Assembly: GCA_051362555.1 (NCBI GenBank)
Contig: CM120640.1
Span: 16,306,001 to 16,370,000 of the forward strand
Source of the DNA: Lingula anatina
Taxonomy: Eukaryota > Animalia > Brachiopoda
Reading direction: 5' to 3'
DNA length: 64,000 bases
The translations under genes and the position numbers were made by a program. Positions within the stretch are counted from its first letter, which is position 1, and every line of letters begins with the position of its first letter. Below are positions 53,085 to 64,000 of the stretch, one piece after another. The notes under the pieces were generated by a model. It had not been told where the DNA came from. It saw only the letters and a program-made list of their open reading frames with translations, and did no database searches.

Positions 53085-54773
53085 TTAAGCTTCTCCAAGA
53101 CGGAATTTTATGTATACTGCCTTGAATTTATCAAAACCAGCCAACACACCAGCTCCTGCAACACCTCTAAGGATGTTAGCACCTGCTCCTTTCATGAGAG
53201 ACATGAAGCCTTCATTTGCGATGATCTGTCTACCGCAATCTATGGAGCCCTTATACTTCACAGCTTGGCCAGAGGTCATCATCATACGTCTCCTAATGGT
53301 ATCAATTGGGTATGACAATAGACCAGAACTGACTGTAACCACGTAGCCCAAGAGAAAAGAAATGAACACTCCAGCATCTTTACCAAGAAGCAAGGGTTTG
53401 AGGGAATCATACAAGCCAAAATAGAATCCTCTGTACACAATGATGCCCACACAGGAGATGACAAAGCCTCTGTATAGACCAACAATGCCATCGGACTTCA
53501 AGGTCTTGGCGTACACATCAATAAGACCATTGAACTGACGCTCACCACCTCCTTTGGCAGATCCTTTTGCATCATTGGCCAACCTGGTTCTAGCATAGTC
53601 GAGGGAATAGACAAACATCAGAGACATAGCTCCTGCTGCACCTCCAGAAAAAATGTTCTTGGTAAACTTCATAGCTTGGCCTTCATCAGGGCTAGATTTG
53701 AACAGTGCCTTAACCTTGTCTTTAAAGGCAAAGTTCAGGGCCTGGGTTGGGAAATATCGAAGACAGTTGGCAAGGTTTCCTCTCCAAAATGGCAAGAGAC
53801 CTAGAAAATTTGGTTGAAATAAACTAAAATTAATACAGCAAGGTATAAATCAGCTTCTTGCACAAGAGGGTTTATCTAACTGACATCCTCAAAAATACTG
53901 TACATTTGAAGAAAGAATTCTCTGAAATCAACTTAGCTTATTTAGAATGCATGTTTAAGGGATAACAACTGTCCGTAAGATATCCATATTTCACAATATA
54001 TTCATCCTTAACAACTCAAAGAAATATAATAATTTCTATTTTACCCCCAAAATGGCAGTTAATGCAATTATTCTGGAATTTGTGCTTGCCATCACATCAC
54101 GCGACCTCCATAGATGGCTATACTCTGTAATAAGCTCTTAACAGAATATAACAAAAAACCGAATTTTTTATAAAAAAAAACCTGGGACTAACTTTGAATG
54201 TGGGAATGGATTAATTAACCATTGGTTAATATGGGGAAATTACCCTTTACCCCAGTAAAATTCATTTTTATGGCCAAAATGAACAGTTGTTATCCCTAGC
54301 AACATAATTTGATTTAACATCAGTGACAAGTTCTTCAATTAAAAATATCTAACATCTTAAAAATATTACTTCATAGTACTTAACCAAAATCAAGTATATT
54401 GGTAAGATTAAAAAAAATACACAATCTGTTGCTATGAATTTGACTATAAATGACCTAATTCAAATTTTTAGCACAATCCTGCAGACAATGCTTTTTAATA
54501 CCCCCCCCCTCCATTTTTTACAGATGTCAAGTACCAAAAAAAGAAAGGTGTTTTTGTTGATGAGATAGAATGAATACCTTCTGTCCTAAAAGTTCTGACA
54601 GTGCAGTCTATGACACCCTTGTATGGTTCTGAAAGACGCCCAGCCTTGATCATCTCATCCTGATTCTGGACGAGGAGCTTGATGCGCTCAATGGGAGCAG
54701 CAGCTGTCTTAGAAATGACGGCAGCAGCGCCACTGAGAGCAAAGTTTTCAGCAAACCCCAACTTCTTGGCCAT
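53085..54773 (-). CDS. ANT: Mitochondrial ADP/ATP carrier, copy 1 (303 aa)
   Basis: Exons 54773-54578 and 53800-53085; motifs [22 protein letters not shown] and the RRRMMM signature. Confidence 0.97.
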
Positions 54774-56584
54774 CTGAAAGTATTAAAGAAATGACATTCT
54801 GTTTACTTTCAGTGCACTTTTAACATGAACTACATTAGAAGATCAAGACACCACACCCTCCATATTTGACTGGACGTTCATTTAATACAAACATTCTAAG
54901 CAAAGCATTTCAAAACGTGTGAACCCCAGTAAGTGTAATGCCCTTCATACTTAAATACGGCTTCTTTCTTCATTCTCAACATAATCACATTTATAACATC
55001 ATGAGTCTTGACGTAACTTATATGCTAAAGACTATATAGGAAAACAATGTTTCATTTAAAAAAAGATATTTAAACACGATAATTTCTCAATTTTTCAATG
55101 GCCAAATCTGTAAAATGCACAACTCCCCCCACCCCTATTGAAAAGATTGAGTTATTACTGTAAATCAAGTACATGAGCACAACATTCTAAAAATCAAGTT
55201 TTTTCTCGATATCCATCATATTCACTTTCTATAATTTTATGTAATTCACTATTGGATTCTGATGTGACAAAGACTGAATGACATCTATTTATCACACCAA
55301 ACAACACACATACACAACCTGTTGGGAATCTAGAAAAACAGCTTATGAGACAAATAGGCAGATCTGTGAAATGAAAATTAAGAACAGTCATAGGAATAAT
55401 TACACACAATTCAAGTCTTCTTACCTATGCTTGTTAAAAGGATACATTAACTTGTCTGAATTCTTAAAATCAAAATCAGTTTTCACCATGAAAATATTAG
55501 CAGAAAAATGCAAAGATCTAATGATCAAGTAATCATTACTTGTGGCAGCTTGTAGTCAACTAGGCTGAAGCTATATTTCCTTCATTGTTAATGTACTGGA
55601 TGCAACAGTGACTGCTGTGAATTCAAAATCTGTTGAGCACAAGTTGGTTTTAGTTCAGCTGGTTTAGGGAAACATGATAGCTCTTCATGGTGAGAAATCC
55701 CTGCCCACCCCTTATTATCCAATAATTTCTAGAGCACCTTGAGCACAAAATATTGAAAGGAGAGATTCTGCCAAAAGGAAGATTCTTGCCTTTGGGCCAC
55801 AAATGCCACATTACCTGTGGACCATATATCTCCTGGAGAAAGATCTGTTAGTTACCAAAATCATGGAGAAGTCACCAATGTAAAAATATGAACAATACGA
55901 CATGTAATTTGGTAAGGTATTGTTATTTTCAGTATCAATCTAAATTAGGTTTCACAAGATATGCCTAGGAGTCCCACAAGTTGTCTTTTTGAAAATCTGC
56001 CTTTTTTATCGTCAGTCTAATGTAGTATTATGGGGATTTCCTTGTGAACTTATTAAATGCATCAACCGGCATAACGGGATTGCTCAGCCATTTAGTGAAA
56101 AAGTCGGCAAATATGCCATTGGGTCCAGGGGACGGCCCAGGGCAATCAAATTTTTGGCTTCAAAAAAGTCGGAATTCCGCAGATAGTCGGAAAATTCTCA
56201 TCCCTGCATAAGGAATTACTCAAGAGTGGCCTTACATGTTCTTTGGACGTGCGATTTCGCAATAAGCAATATTTAGAAAGATCCAATTTATAAATATATA
56301 ATTCAGGATTCGCAGCACACGTGAAAAATCTCATGAAACATGTTCTCATTCTAACGACAAACCCTAGAGGTTTTGAACATTTTCCCACGACTTATCACAT
56401 GCCGCCGGCGAGGCACGTTTTTTGACACAAGTAGCACTTAGTCAGCTCAGTTCATGATGGCAAGTTACAAAAAGCTGAGATCAAACTTAAGTTTTAAATT
56501 GTTAATGTGACATATACTTCTTCGTTCAGCAAACGACACCTTATAAAGATTGTGTCGTCTTCTACTTTTTTAGATATAACGCAC

Positions 56585-56730
56585 CTTGGTTCTTCAGGTC
56601 CGTCACGCTGGATGTCCGGCGACAAAATGGCCGACTGTGTCCGGGTACTTGCGCGTGGCGTGCATACGTCACGCAGTCTCAAACATGGACCAATCACTTT
56701 CCAGGCTCGATTGACCTTTTTACGTCACAG
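56585..56730 (-). promoter_or_regulatory. CpG-rich promoter / first non-coding exon between the two ANT genes
   Basis: Minus-strand donor AAG|GTGCGT near 56584, YY1-like AAAATGGCCG (~56624), CCAAT (~56690), ACGTCA half-CREs (~56666, ~56722) and an ERR-like TGACCTT (~56712). Confidence 0.5.
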
Positions 56731-57590
56731 AAGAGGTCAGTTTGTACGGATGCAGCGACTGTCAAAGGCGAACGGACGCTTTTTTGGTGCATGGTATGTA
56801 AAAAATTGAAAGTGGCAAATAAACGGCAAATAAAGCCGTACGTTAACCCCACAGTTAATTCTACAAATGAAATACGCCTTTATTTACATTTACTCTTGTG
56901 TTATTTTTTTAAAAAAAGTTTTCGAATCTTAGATGTTCTTTTGTTTTAGAATCACAGAATAAAGTAGGTTCAGTTAGAAACTAAGATAACTTATCTGAGA
57001 TTTTTATCGTTTCTGATTGATTTATTTGCCTACGGGGAAGAGGTAACTAAGCTTATGTTACTTAAATAGCCCACAGCGATGGTAATAGAGAATATATTTA
57101 TGGAGCTCTCAATTATTGTGATCCCATATGATCTTAAAACTCACACTGGTCTGGATTTAGTATAATATTGCATCAAGAATTCTTGTTGTCAGTGGTATTT
57201 CAGATAATCTCTAGCGAAATATTATTCATTCTTTCATTCAAAATATGCAATCGCTATATAACGATTACTAATCATCATCATCATAAGAGTTCGTTTATGT
57301 TGCAGTTTATAAGTTCAGTTCCCCATGCAGCCTTTTCAAGAAAATTTCATTGTTAGAATCTATTTTTATTTATTGTTATCAGATTGTTTTGACTGAAAAA
57401 TGAAACTGCCTCTTAGTTTATATGCATAAATAGCAGCCAGAATATTAAAAAATACATATTGTAATGGTTTTTATGTGACTGAAATGTAAGACAATTGAAT
57501 TGTTATATCTAGCTAGTAAATAGGAATTGTTACTGCAAACTATTTTAGTATAATCTTTTCTTGTAGGTATACAATACATATTGGACATAC

Positions 57591-57595
<5 letters not shown>

Positions 57596-57652
<57 letters not shown>
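57596..57652. repeat. (TA)n microsatellite
   Basis: Perfect dinucleotide run. Confidence 0.95.
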
Positions 57653-57654
<2 letters not shown>

Positions 57655-58332
57655 AGGAAATTTCAGCAATATTACCACAGTAAAAAAAAAGTAAATAAGA
57701 GGAATATTTGTCCGAAATATAGAAAAATAGTCCCCCCTCCAATTAACTATTATAGTATATTTTTTCAGACAAAACTTGGGGTGTATTTCTAGTTTTTTCA
57801 AAGTTTGGAAATATTACAACCACGTTTAAATGATTTAGATAAAAGGAACTTTTCCAGAATTCCTGAACAGCATAGGTAATTTGGAAAATTATAGGAGCAT
57901 AATGTAGGAGCATTGGGAGGCTGCTTTATCACCTATTTATGATTAAACTAGATACCGCTCCAGAACCATTGAGGAGTTTTTTGATTCAGAAAAGTTTTAA
58001 TTTTTAATCTTTACAGTCATGTATAGAGTTTACTGGTCTTTCTCTAGAATGACCCCAGAAATGATAACTAAACATTCAAAAACTGGCTTTTCAATCATAA
58101 TTGTGTGAACTGTTTGACGTATGACAAACCTAGACATTTGGCATACCTGAACCTCTGTGATTAAGGGAAAAGGGTTGACATTGTCTGTAACCTGGATGCT
58201 CTCTTATAAATCCTGTTGGTATATATATTGTGGCATAATATGGTAAGTTGCAAGAAGAACGGAATACTGGTAATTGTGAAAAAAAAAAAGACATAAAAAA
58301 TAAGCATATAATTATTTATTTTACCATTTCAG

Positions 58333-59979
58333 ATGTCCAAAAAGTTAGGATTTGCCGAAAACTTTGCTCTCAGTGGCGCTGCTGCCGTCATTTCTAAGAC
58401 AGCTGCTGCTCCCATTGAGCGCATCAAGCTCCTCGTCCAGAATCAGGATGAGATGATCAAGGCTGGGCGTCTTTCAGAACCATACAAGGGTGTCATAGAC
58501 TGCACTGTCAGAACTTTTAGGACAGAAGGTATACATTCTATTTCAATAAACAGTTGTTATTTCCTCTCATTTACACTTGACATATTTTTAATGAGTATAA
58601 AAATCAAGAATATTGATAAAGCTTTGGCCTTTTTTTTTGGAAGGGGGGTTAGTTTTTTTCTTTTTTTACCTTTAATATCCATATTTTCCACTTTTTGAAC
58701 AGCCCATACTAACATTTCCAAAACATATTAAATTATTTACAGTGATAAATGAACTTAATAGAGATCCAAAATTAATTATTTTGAAAATAAAAGGAACATT
58801 TGTACACACTTAATTGATTACAGCAAACTTTAGAGGAAAAGAACTTCAAGTATACACTACAAGCGCTACTGGGTGGGGGGGGGGGGGGGATAGCAAGTCT
58901 AATTGTAATGGTTTGTCCTGGAGCCTTGTTGAAGTTGTATTTATTTAAACTGATATATGAATAGCCTTATAATCAGCAGTTAATAAAAATCAGCACAAAG
59001 TCACTGAAGTGGAAATTTTTAACATCCGCGTAGTCAGCCCACTCTCTTATGACCAAACAAGTGCATTTGTAATCATTTAAATGTTTGGAATCGATTCTCG
59101 TTAAAAAAATACAAGATAGTTTTCTGATGTGTTTTCATTGACTGTCAGTATATCTAGCTAGGAAATAGGAATTGTTACTGTAAACTATTTTGAGTATAAT
59201 ATTTTCTTGCAGGTTTACAATATATATTGGACATACTAATTTAATTGTAATTTTAAATACAACTTCTAGGTCTTTTGCCATTTTGGAGAGGAAACCTTGC
59301 CAACTGTCTTCGATATTTCCCAACCCAGGCCCTGAACTTTGCCTTTAAAGACAAGGTTAAGGCATTGTTCAAATCTAGCCCTGATGAAGGCCAAGCTATG
59401 AAGTTTACCAAGAACATTTTTTCTGGAGGTGCAGCAGGAGCTATGTCTCTGATGTTTGTCTATTCCCTCGACTATGCTAGAACCAGGTTGGCCAATGATG
59501 CTAAAGGATGTGCCAAAGAAGGTGGTGAGCGTCAGTTCAATGGTCTTATTGATGTGTACGCCAAGACCTTGAAGTCTGATGGCATTGTTGGTCTATACAG
59601 AGGCTTTGTCATCTCCTGTGTGGGCATCATTGTGTACAGAGGATTCTATTTTGGCTTGTATGATTCCCTCAAACCCTTGCTTCTTGGTAAAGATGCTGGA
59701 GTGTTCATTTCTTTTCTTTTGGGCTACGTGGTTACAGTCAGTTCTGGTCTATTGTCATACCCAATTGATACCATTAGGAGACGTATGATGATGACCTCTG
59801 GCCAAGCTGTGAAGTATAAGGGCTCCATAGATTGCGGTAGACAGATCATCGCAAATGAAGGCTTCATGTCTCTCATGAAAGGAGCAGGTGCTAACATCCT
59901 TAGAGGTGTTGCAGGAGCTGGTGTGTTGGCTGGTTTTGATAAATTCAAGGCAGTATACATAAAATTCCGTCTTGGATAA
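58333..59979 (+). CDS. ANT: Mitochondrial ADP/ATP carrier, copy 2 (301 aa)
   Basis: Exons 58333-58528 and 59270-59979, with the same motifs as copy 1. Confidence 0.97.
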
Positions 59980-60001
59980 TTTTTTTGGTTCAAGCCATTT
60001 G

Positions 60002-60275
60002 ATCTAGATTTTCTCTCTTTCTTACATAGGCTAGTTGTAAAGTGCAAGACTTCAATTATACAGAAGGGCTTCTAGATATAGAACTGTCCAAAATCTTGTA
60101 TCACAACATGGTTTTTGATGAAACTGAAACTGACTAGTTTCATCTAGATTTTATCTCTTTCTTACACAGCGAGTTTTAAAGTGCATATCTTTCAATTATA
60201 CAGAAGGGCTTCTAGATAAAGAACTGTCCAAAATCTTGTATCACATGGTTTTTGATGCAATTGAAACTGACTAGA
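60002..60275. repeat. Two-copy 140-bp tandem duplication in the ANT copy 2 3'UTR
   Basis: atctagatttt..tctttcttaca at 60002 and 60142. Confidence 0.85.
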
Positions 60276-61364
60276 AGGAAACAATGTCTTTTGCATAGCT
60301 GGTGGACACAAGAATTAGAATGAAATGATGCTAAACTTACAAAACTCTACAACCAAATAAGAAAATAAATATTTATTGAACATACCTTTTTGTCTGTAGC
60401 ATTTTAATTTTATTCTACCTGATGTACAAAGTAAGATGCAAAATAATGTTGCAAAAAATCTTAATATATCTTCATTACAGTTCATGTGGGCCCCCAAGTT
60501 GAGAGGTTTGAAAATACCAGAGTACCGCCATATGATATCATGGATAAAATGCTTGCAGTTTTGAGTAAACTGAAATAAATGAACTTTATAATATCTACAT
60601 ATAATAGCATGTGTTTACAGACTGTAATAAAAACAATACAATGGTATCTAGTTATTCAGAAAGAATTTGGCACTCTTTCTACTCAACTGGTCCTCTTCAT
60701 TTAATCCCACAAGTTTGTAAAATGTACAAATTCATTTTGAGTAAAAAGCTGTCAGACAGCATTTCAATATGGCCTAGGAAATCTTAGATAAAACTGAATA
60801 TCATTAACTACGTAGCTATCCACTGTTCACAGAAGAAAAGAAAATAGTACCACTCATTCTGTTGTATAAATATCCAACCATACGTGATTCAGCTTCCAAA
60901 ATGCTTGTTATCTATAAATATCATGATGTAACAATCTAAAATCAATGATTATTGACAAAACCATACCTGAAACACAATATCAACATTTATATTCTTTAAA
61001 TAGCAAAGTGAGATATTTCACGAAGTTCTGCATGTATGTTACTGCAAAAGAGCACAGAATACAGAATTGTATCCATGCTGTGAGGTTATGGTATGACATG
61101 ACATAATAAGTGCATTAGGTTAATAATACAGAAGTACTGGGCATTTTAAGTTTAATTATTTTGTTATTTTCTCAACATTGAGGTACTTCATACATCCAAA
61201 GTTATCCCAAGAGAATAAGTATCTGAAGAAAAAACTTCCATACAATGCTGCCAGTGATTTTGAGTTAAGTATGTTTTATCATATAAACCCATGGGTATAA
61301 TTTCCTGGCGAATGCTTGGCCAATACTTAAAATATAATGAGGTGACAGATCATAAATGAAATAA

Positions 61365-61715
61365 TCAAAGGTGTTGTAATGACCTTCCAGCATGGTGGAC
61401 ATGTAGATATATTCCACCATTGTTTATCTGATGGTTCAGTCGATCATTGTCTCTTGCAACAGTTTCTGAGGTAAATTCCTTTCCTAAGTCTAACACATGT
61501 GTATGCTGATCGAGAAGAAGGTTATGACCTGTGTAAGTTCTTGGTAATTTGTAATGATTTTGTGTAAGATCTACTTGACTTCTCACCAGTGGCAATGTTT
61601 TCTCTCTCATCTTAGCCCTATGCATGTCAAATTTGGCCTGAAATTATAAAAAAAGTACAATTTAAAAAAAGGCACCAATTTCCAATCATTACCATAAATT
61701 TCATATGATCACAAC

Positions 61716-61750
<35 letters not shown>

Positions 61751-62124
61751 GTCATTAGTGAATTAAACAGTTTCAGCAAAACTGTAAATATGTACCAGTT
61801 CCAAACAAATTCTATTTTTTATATCAAAATAAGTTTTGATTAAAAGAAAACCAAAAAAAAAAAAAAAAAAAAACTAACCTTATTATACGCCAAAACTCCT
61901 AGGACTGCACAAAGCATTCCTATTACATTTAGTAATGTGACTGGATTTCTCAAGAGTGCAAGGGAAACAAAAATGATCACGATTCTCTTAGTTGCATTGG
62001 CCACAGCATAACTAAGTGGGGTCAGCATAGCCAGGACAGTGAATGCTATAACATTTTGGGCAAAGTTGCAGAACCCATCTATGAGAAGTAATATCACAGC
62101 ACGTAACCAGTGGTCATGTTTAAC
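61365..62124 (-). CDS. SLC35E1: Solute carrier family 35 member E1, last two coding exons (5' part outside the window)
   Basis: Exon 62124-61879 contains [34 protein letters not shown]; exon 61637-61365 reads [11 protein letters not shown]. Confidence 0.92.
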
Positions 62125-62186
62125 CTAAAAACAAATATACTTCATTAAATCAAGTGCATTTATTGCACAACATTGTTTGCTTTCTG

Positions 62187-62579
62187 GGGCTGTTCTGAAT
62201 GAGTTAAGTCACAATAGCTACTCAGCACTAACTCCATGGAGATTCTCACTGAATGCAATCAGATTAACACGCCTCTGTAAATCCAGGCCGCAATCAAGTT
62301 TAAACGGCTATCACGCAACTGTGGTAGTGATGACAACCCTTTTTAAACTGACGCTTATTTTGTTTTTGCCAGCGACAGTATAGTTATTTATCCCCGGTGA
62401 AAATGTTGTAATTCACGTTGTTTCCAATATGCTCATATAATCACCAGCTTCTCTCAAGGTATATTCAACTCAACTCAAAGAAGAGGAATCTTAGTCTGTT
62501 AAGCTGACTGCATTTAGCGAGAGTCCCCATGGAGTTTGTGCGCAGTAGCTATTGCTACCTATCTCATTTAGATCAGCGC
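62187..62579. mobile_element. Decayed MITE with ~85-bp imperfect TIRs
   Basis: 62187-62270 is the reverse complement of 62495-62579 (caatagctact..aactccatgg..tctc.ct.aatgca). Confidence 0.7.
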
Positions 62580-62646
62580 TTATGTTTGAAAACTGCATTT
62601 TAGGATGTCTGACACATGCCCCAGCATTATGAGAATAACTATAAAA

Positions 62647-64000
62647 ACAAGGCAGCAAAGCTGTCAAATTTACAGACAAAAAACAGAAAATAAAGATGCA
62701 AAATAGGTCATTTTGTCAATTTTGATGCAATAATAAACTAGAGGATCAGAGAGGCGATACCGCCTCCGAATATTGTACCACCAGCTGGAGCAAGCGCATT
62801 CGTATAGACCCCCACATACACAAAATAAGGGACACAGCCACCAGTCTTTTGCTTGACAAGCTGTAAAAATGCAATCAACAAGAATTTTCAAAATATGCAA
62901 AAAAATATATCAAAAGTTCATCAAAAGGTAGGTGAAAGGTCAATTTCACAGTAAGATTGCCAGTATATGACTTCCTATTCAACTTCAAAAGTAACTTTGG
63001 ACCTATCTCTGCCAGTTTGGGAGATAAAAGGGAAGCAAAATTTACAAAGTTCAGTTCATGGTGAAAAGTAGGTCAAAGGTCAATTTCAAGGTCACATTTA
63101 GATTGCCAGTGTATGACTTCCTATTCTAGTTCAAAAGTAACTATGGACCTATCTCTGCCAGTTTTGGATATGAAAGGGAAGCAAAATTTGCAAAGTTCAG
63201 TTCATGGTGAAAAGTAGGTCAAAGGTCAATTTTAAGGTCACATTAAGATTGCCAGTGTATGGCTTCCTATTCAAGTTCAATAGTAACTATGGACCTATCT
63301 CTGCCAGTTTGGGAGATAAAAGGGAAGCAAAATTTGCAAAGGTTAGTTCATGGTGAAAAGTAGGTCAAAGATCAATTTCAAGGTCACATTTAGATTGCCA
63401 GTGTATGACTTCCTATTCTAGTTCAATAGTAACTATGGACCTATCTCTGCCAGTTTTGGATATGAAAGGGAAGCAAAATTTGCAGAGTTCAGTTCATGGT
63501 GAAAAGTAGGTCAAAGGTCAATTTCAAGGTCACATTAAGATTGCAAGTATATGACTTCCTATTCAACTTCAATAGTAACTTTGGACCTATCTCTGCCAGT
63601 TTTGGAGATAAAAGGGAAGCAAAATTTGGAAAGTTCATTTCATGGTGAAAAGTAGGTCAAAGGTCAATTTCAAGGTCACATTTAGATTGCCAGTGTATGA
63701 CTTCCTATTCAAGTTCAATAGTAACTATGGACCTATCTCTGCCAGTTTTGGAGATAAAAGGGAAGCAAAATTTGGAAAGTTCAGTTCATGGTGAAAAGTA
63801 GATCAAAGGTCAATTTCAAGGTCACATTTAGATTGCCAGTGTATGACTTCCTATTCAAGTTCAATAGTAACTATGGACCTATCTCTGCCAGTTCTGAAGA
63901 TAAAAGGGAAGCAAAATTTGCAAAGGTTAGTTCATGGTGAAAAGTAGGTCAAAGGTCAATTTCAAGGTCACATTTTGATTGCCAGTATATGACTTCCCAT
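62647..64000 (-). mobile_element. Helentron-like family A end with nested family B (from 62737), truncated by the window edge
   Basis: 90 bp of the family A terminus, then actagaggatcagagaggcgataccgcctcc as at 20065. Confidence 0.85.
62925..64000. repeat. 146-bp tandem array (over 7 copies) of family B
   Basis: Same monomer as 20260-21075. Confidence 0.93.

Noticed and set aside
53110-53346. Antisense and shifted ORFs over both ANT genes (also 53282, 59579, 59724)
   Set aside because: Shadows of the real CDS; their recurrence just reflects the gene duplication.

Overview
AT-rich, intron-containing animal DNA, probably a mollusc or other lophotrochozoan (inferred from gene and repeat content). 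Genes, left to right: (1) a neuropeptide precursor (+, CDS 2428-5251) of the PXXXamide / invertebrate PTH-like type, largely missed by the ORF track. It has two paralogous cassette exons that share one signal peptide and one GKRKR amidation exon. (2) Glycogen debranching enzyme AGL (-, 10605-38859, about 29 coding exons), whose introns hold a 6.5-kb IS3EU-type DNA transposon, nested Helentron-like satellite-carrying elements, MITEs and a minisatellite built from its own splice donor. (3) Splicing factor YJU2B/CCDC130 (+), head-to-head with AGL, with its last coding exon split by a 6.9-kb Helentron-like insertion. (4) An inverted, divergent pair of almost identical fungal/plant-type ADP/ATP carrier genes. 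(5) The 3' end of SLC35E1 (-), followed by another nested Helentron-like pair running off the window. All calls were made by eye from the sequence with no database searches, and some internal exon boundaries are approximate.
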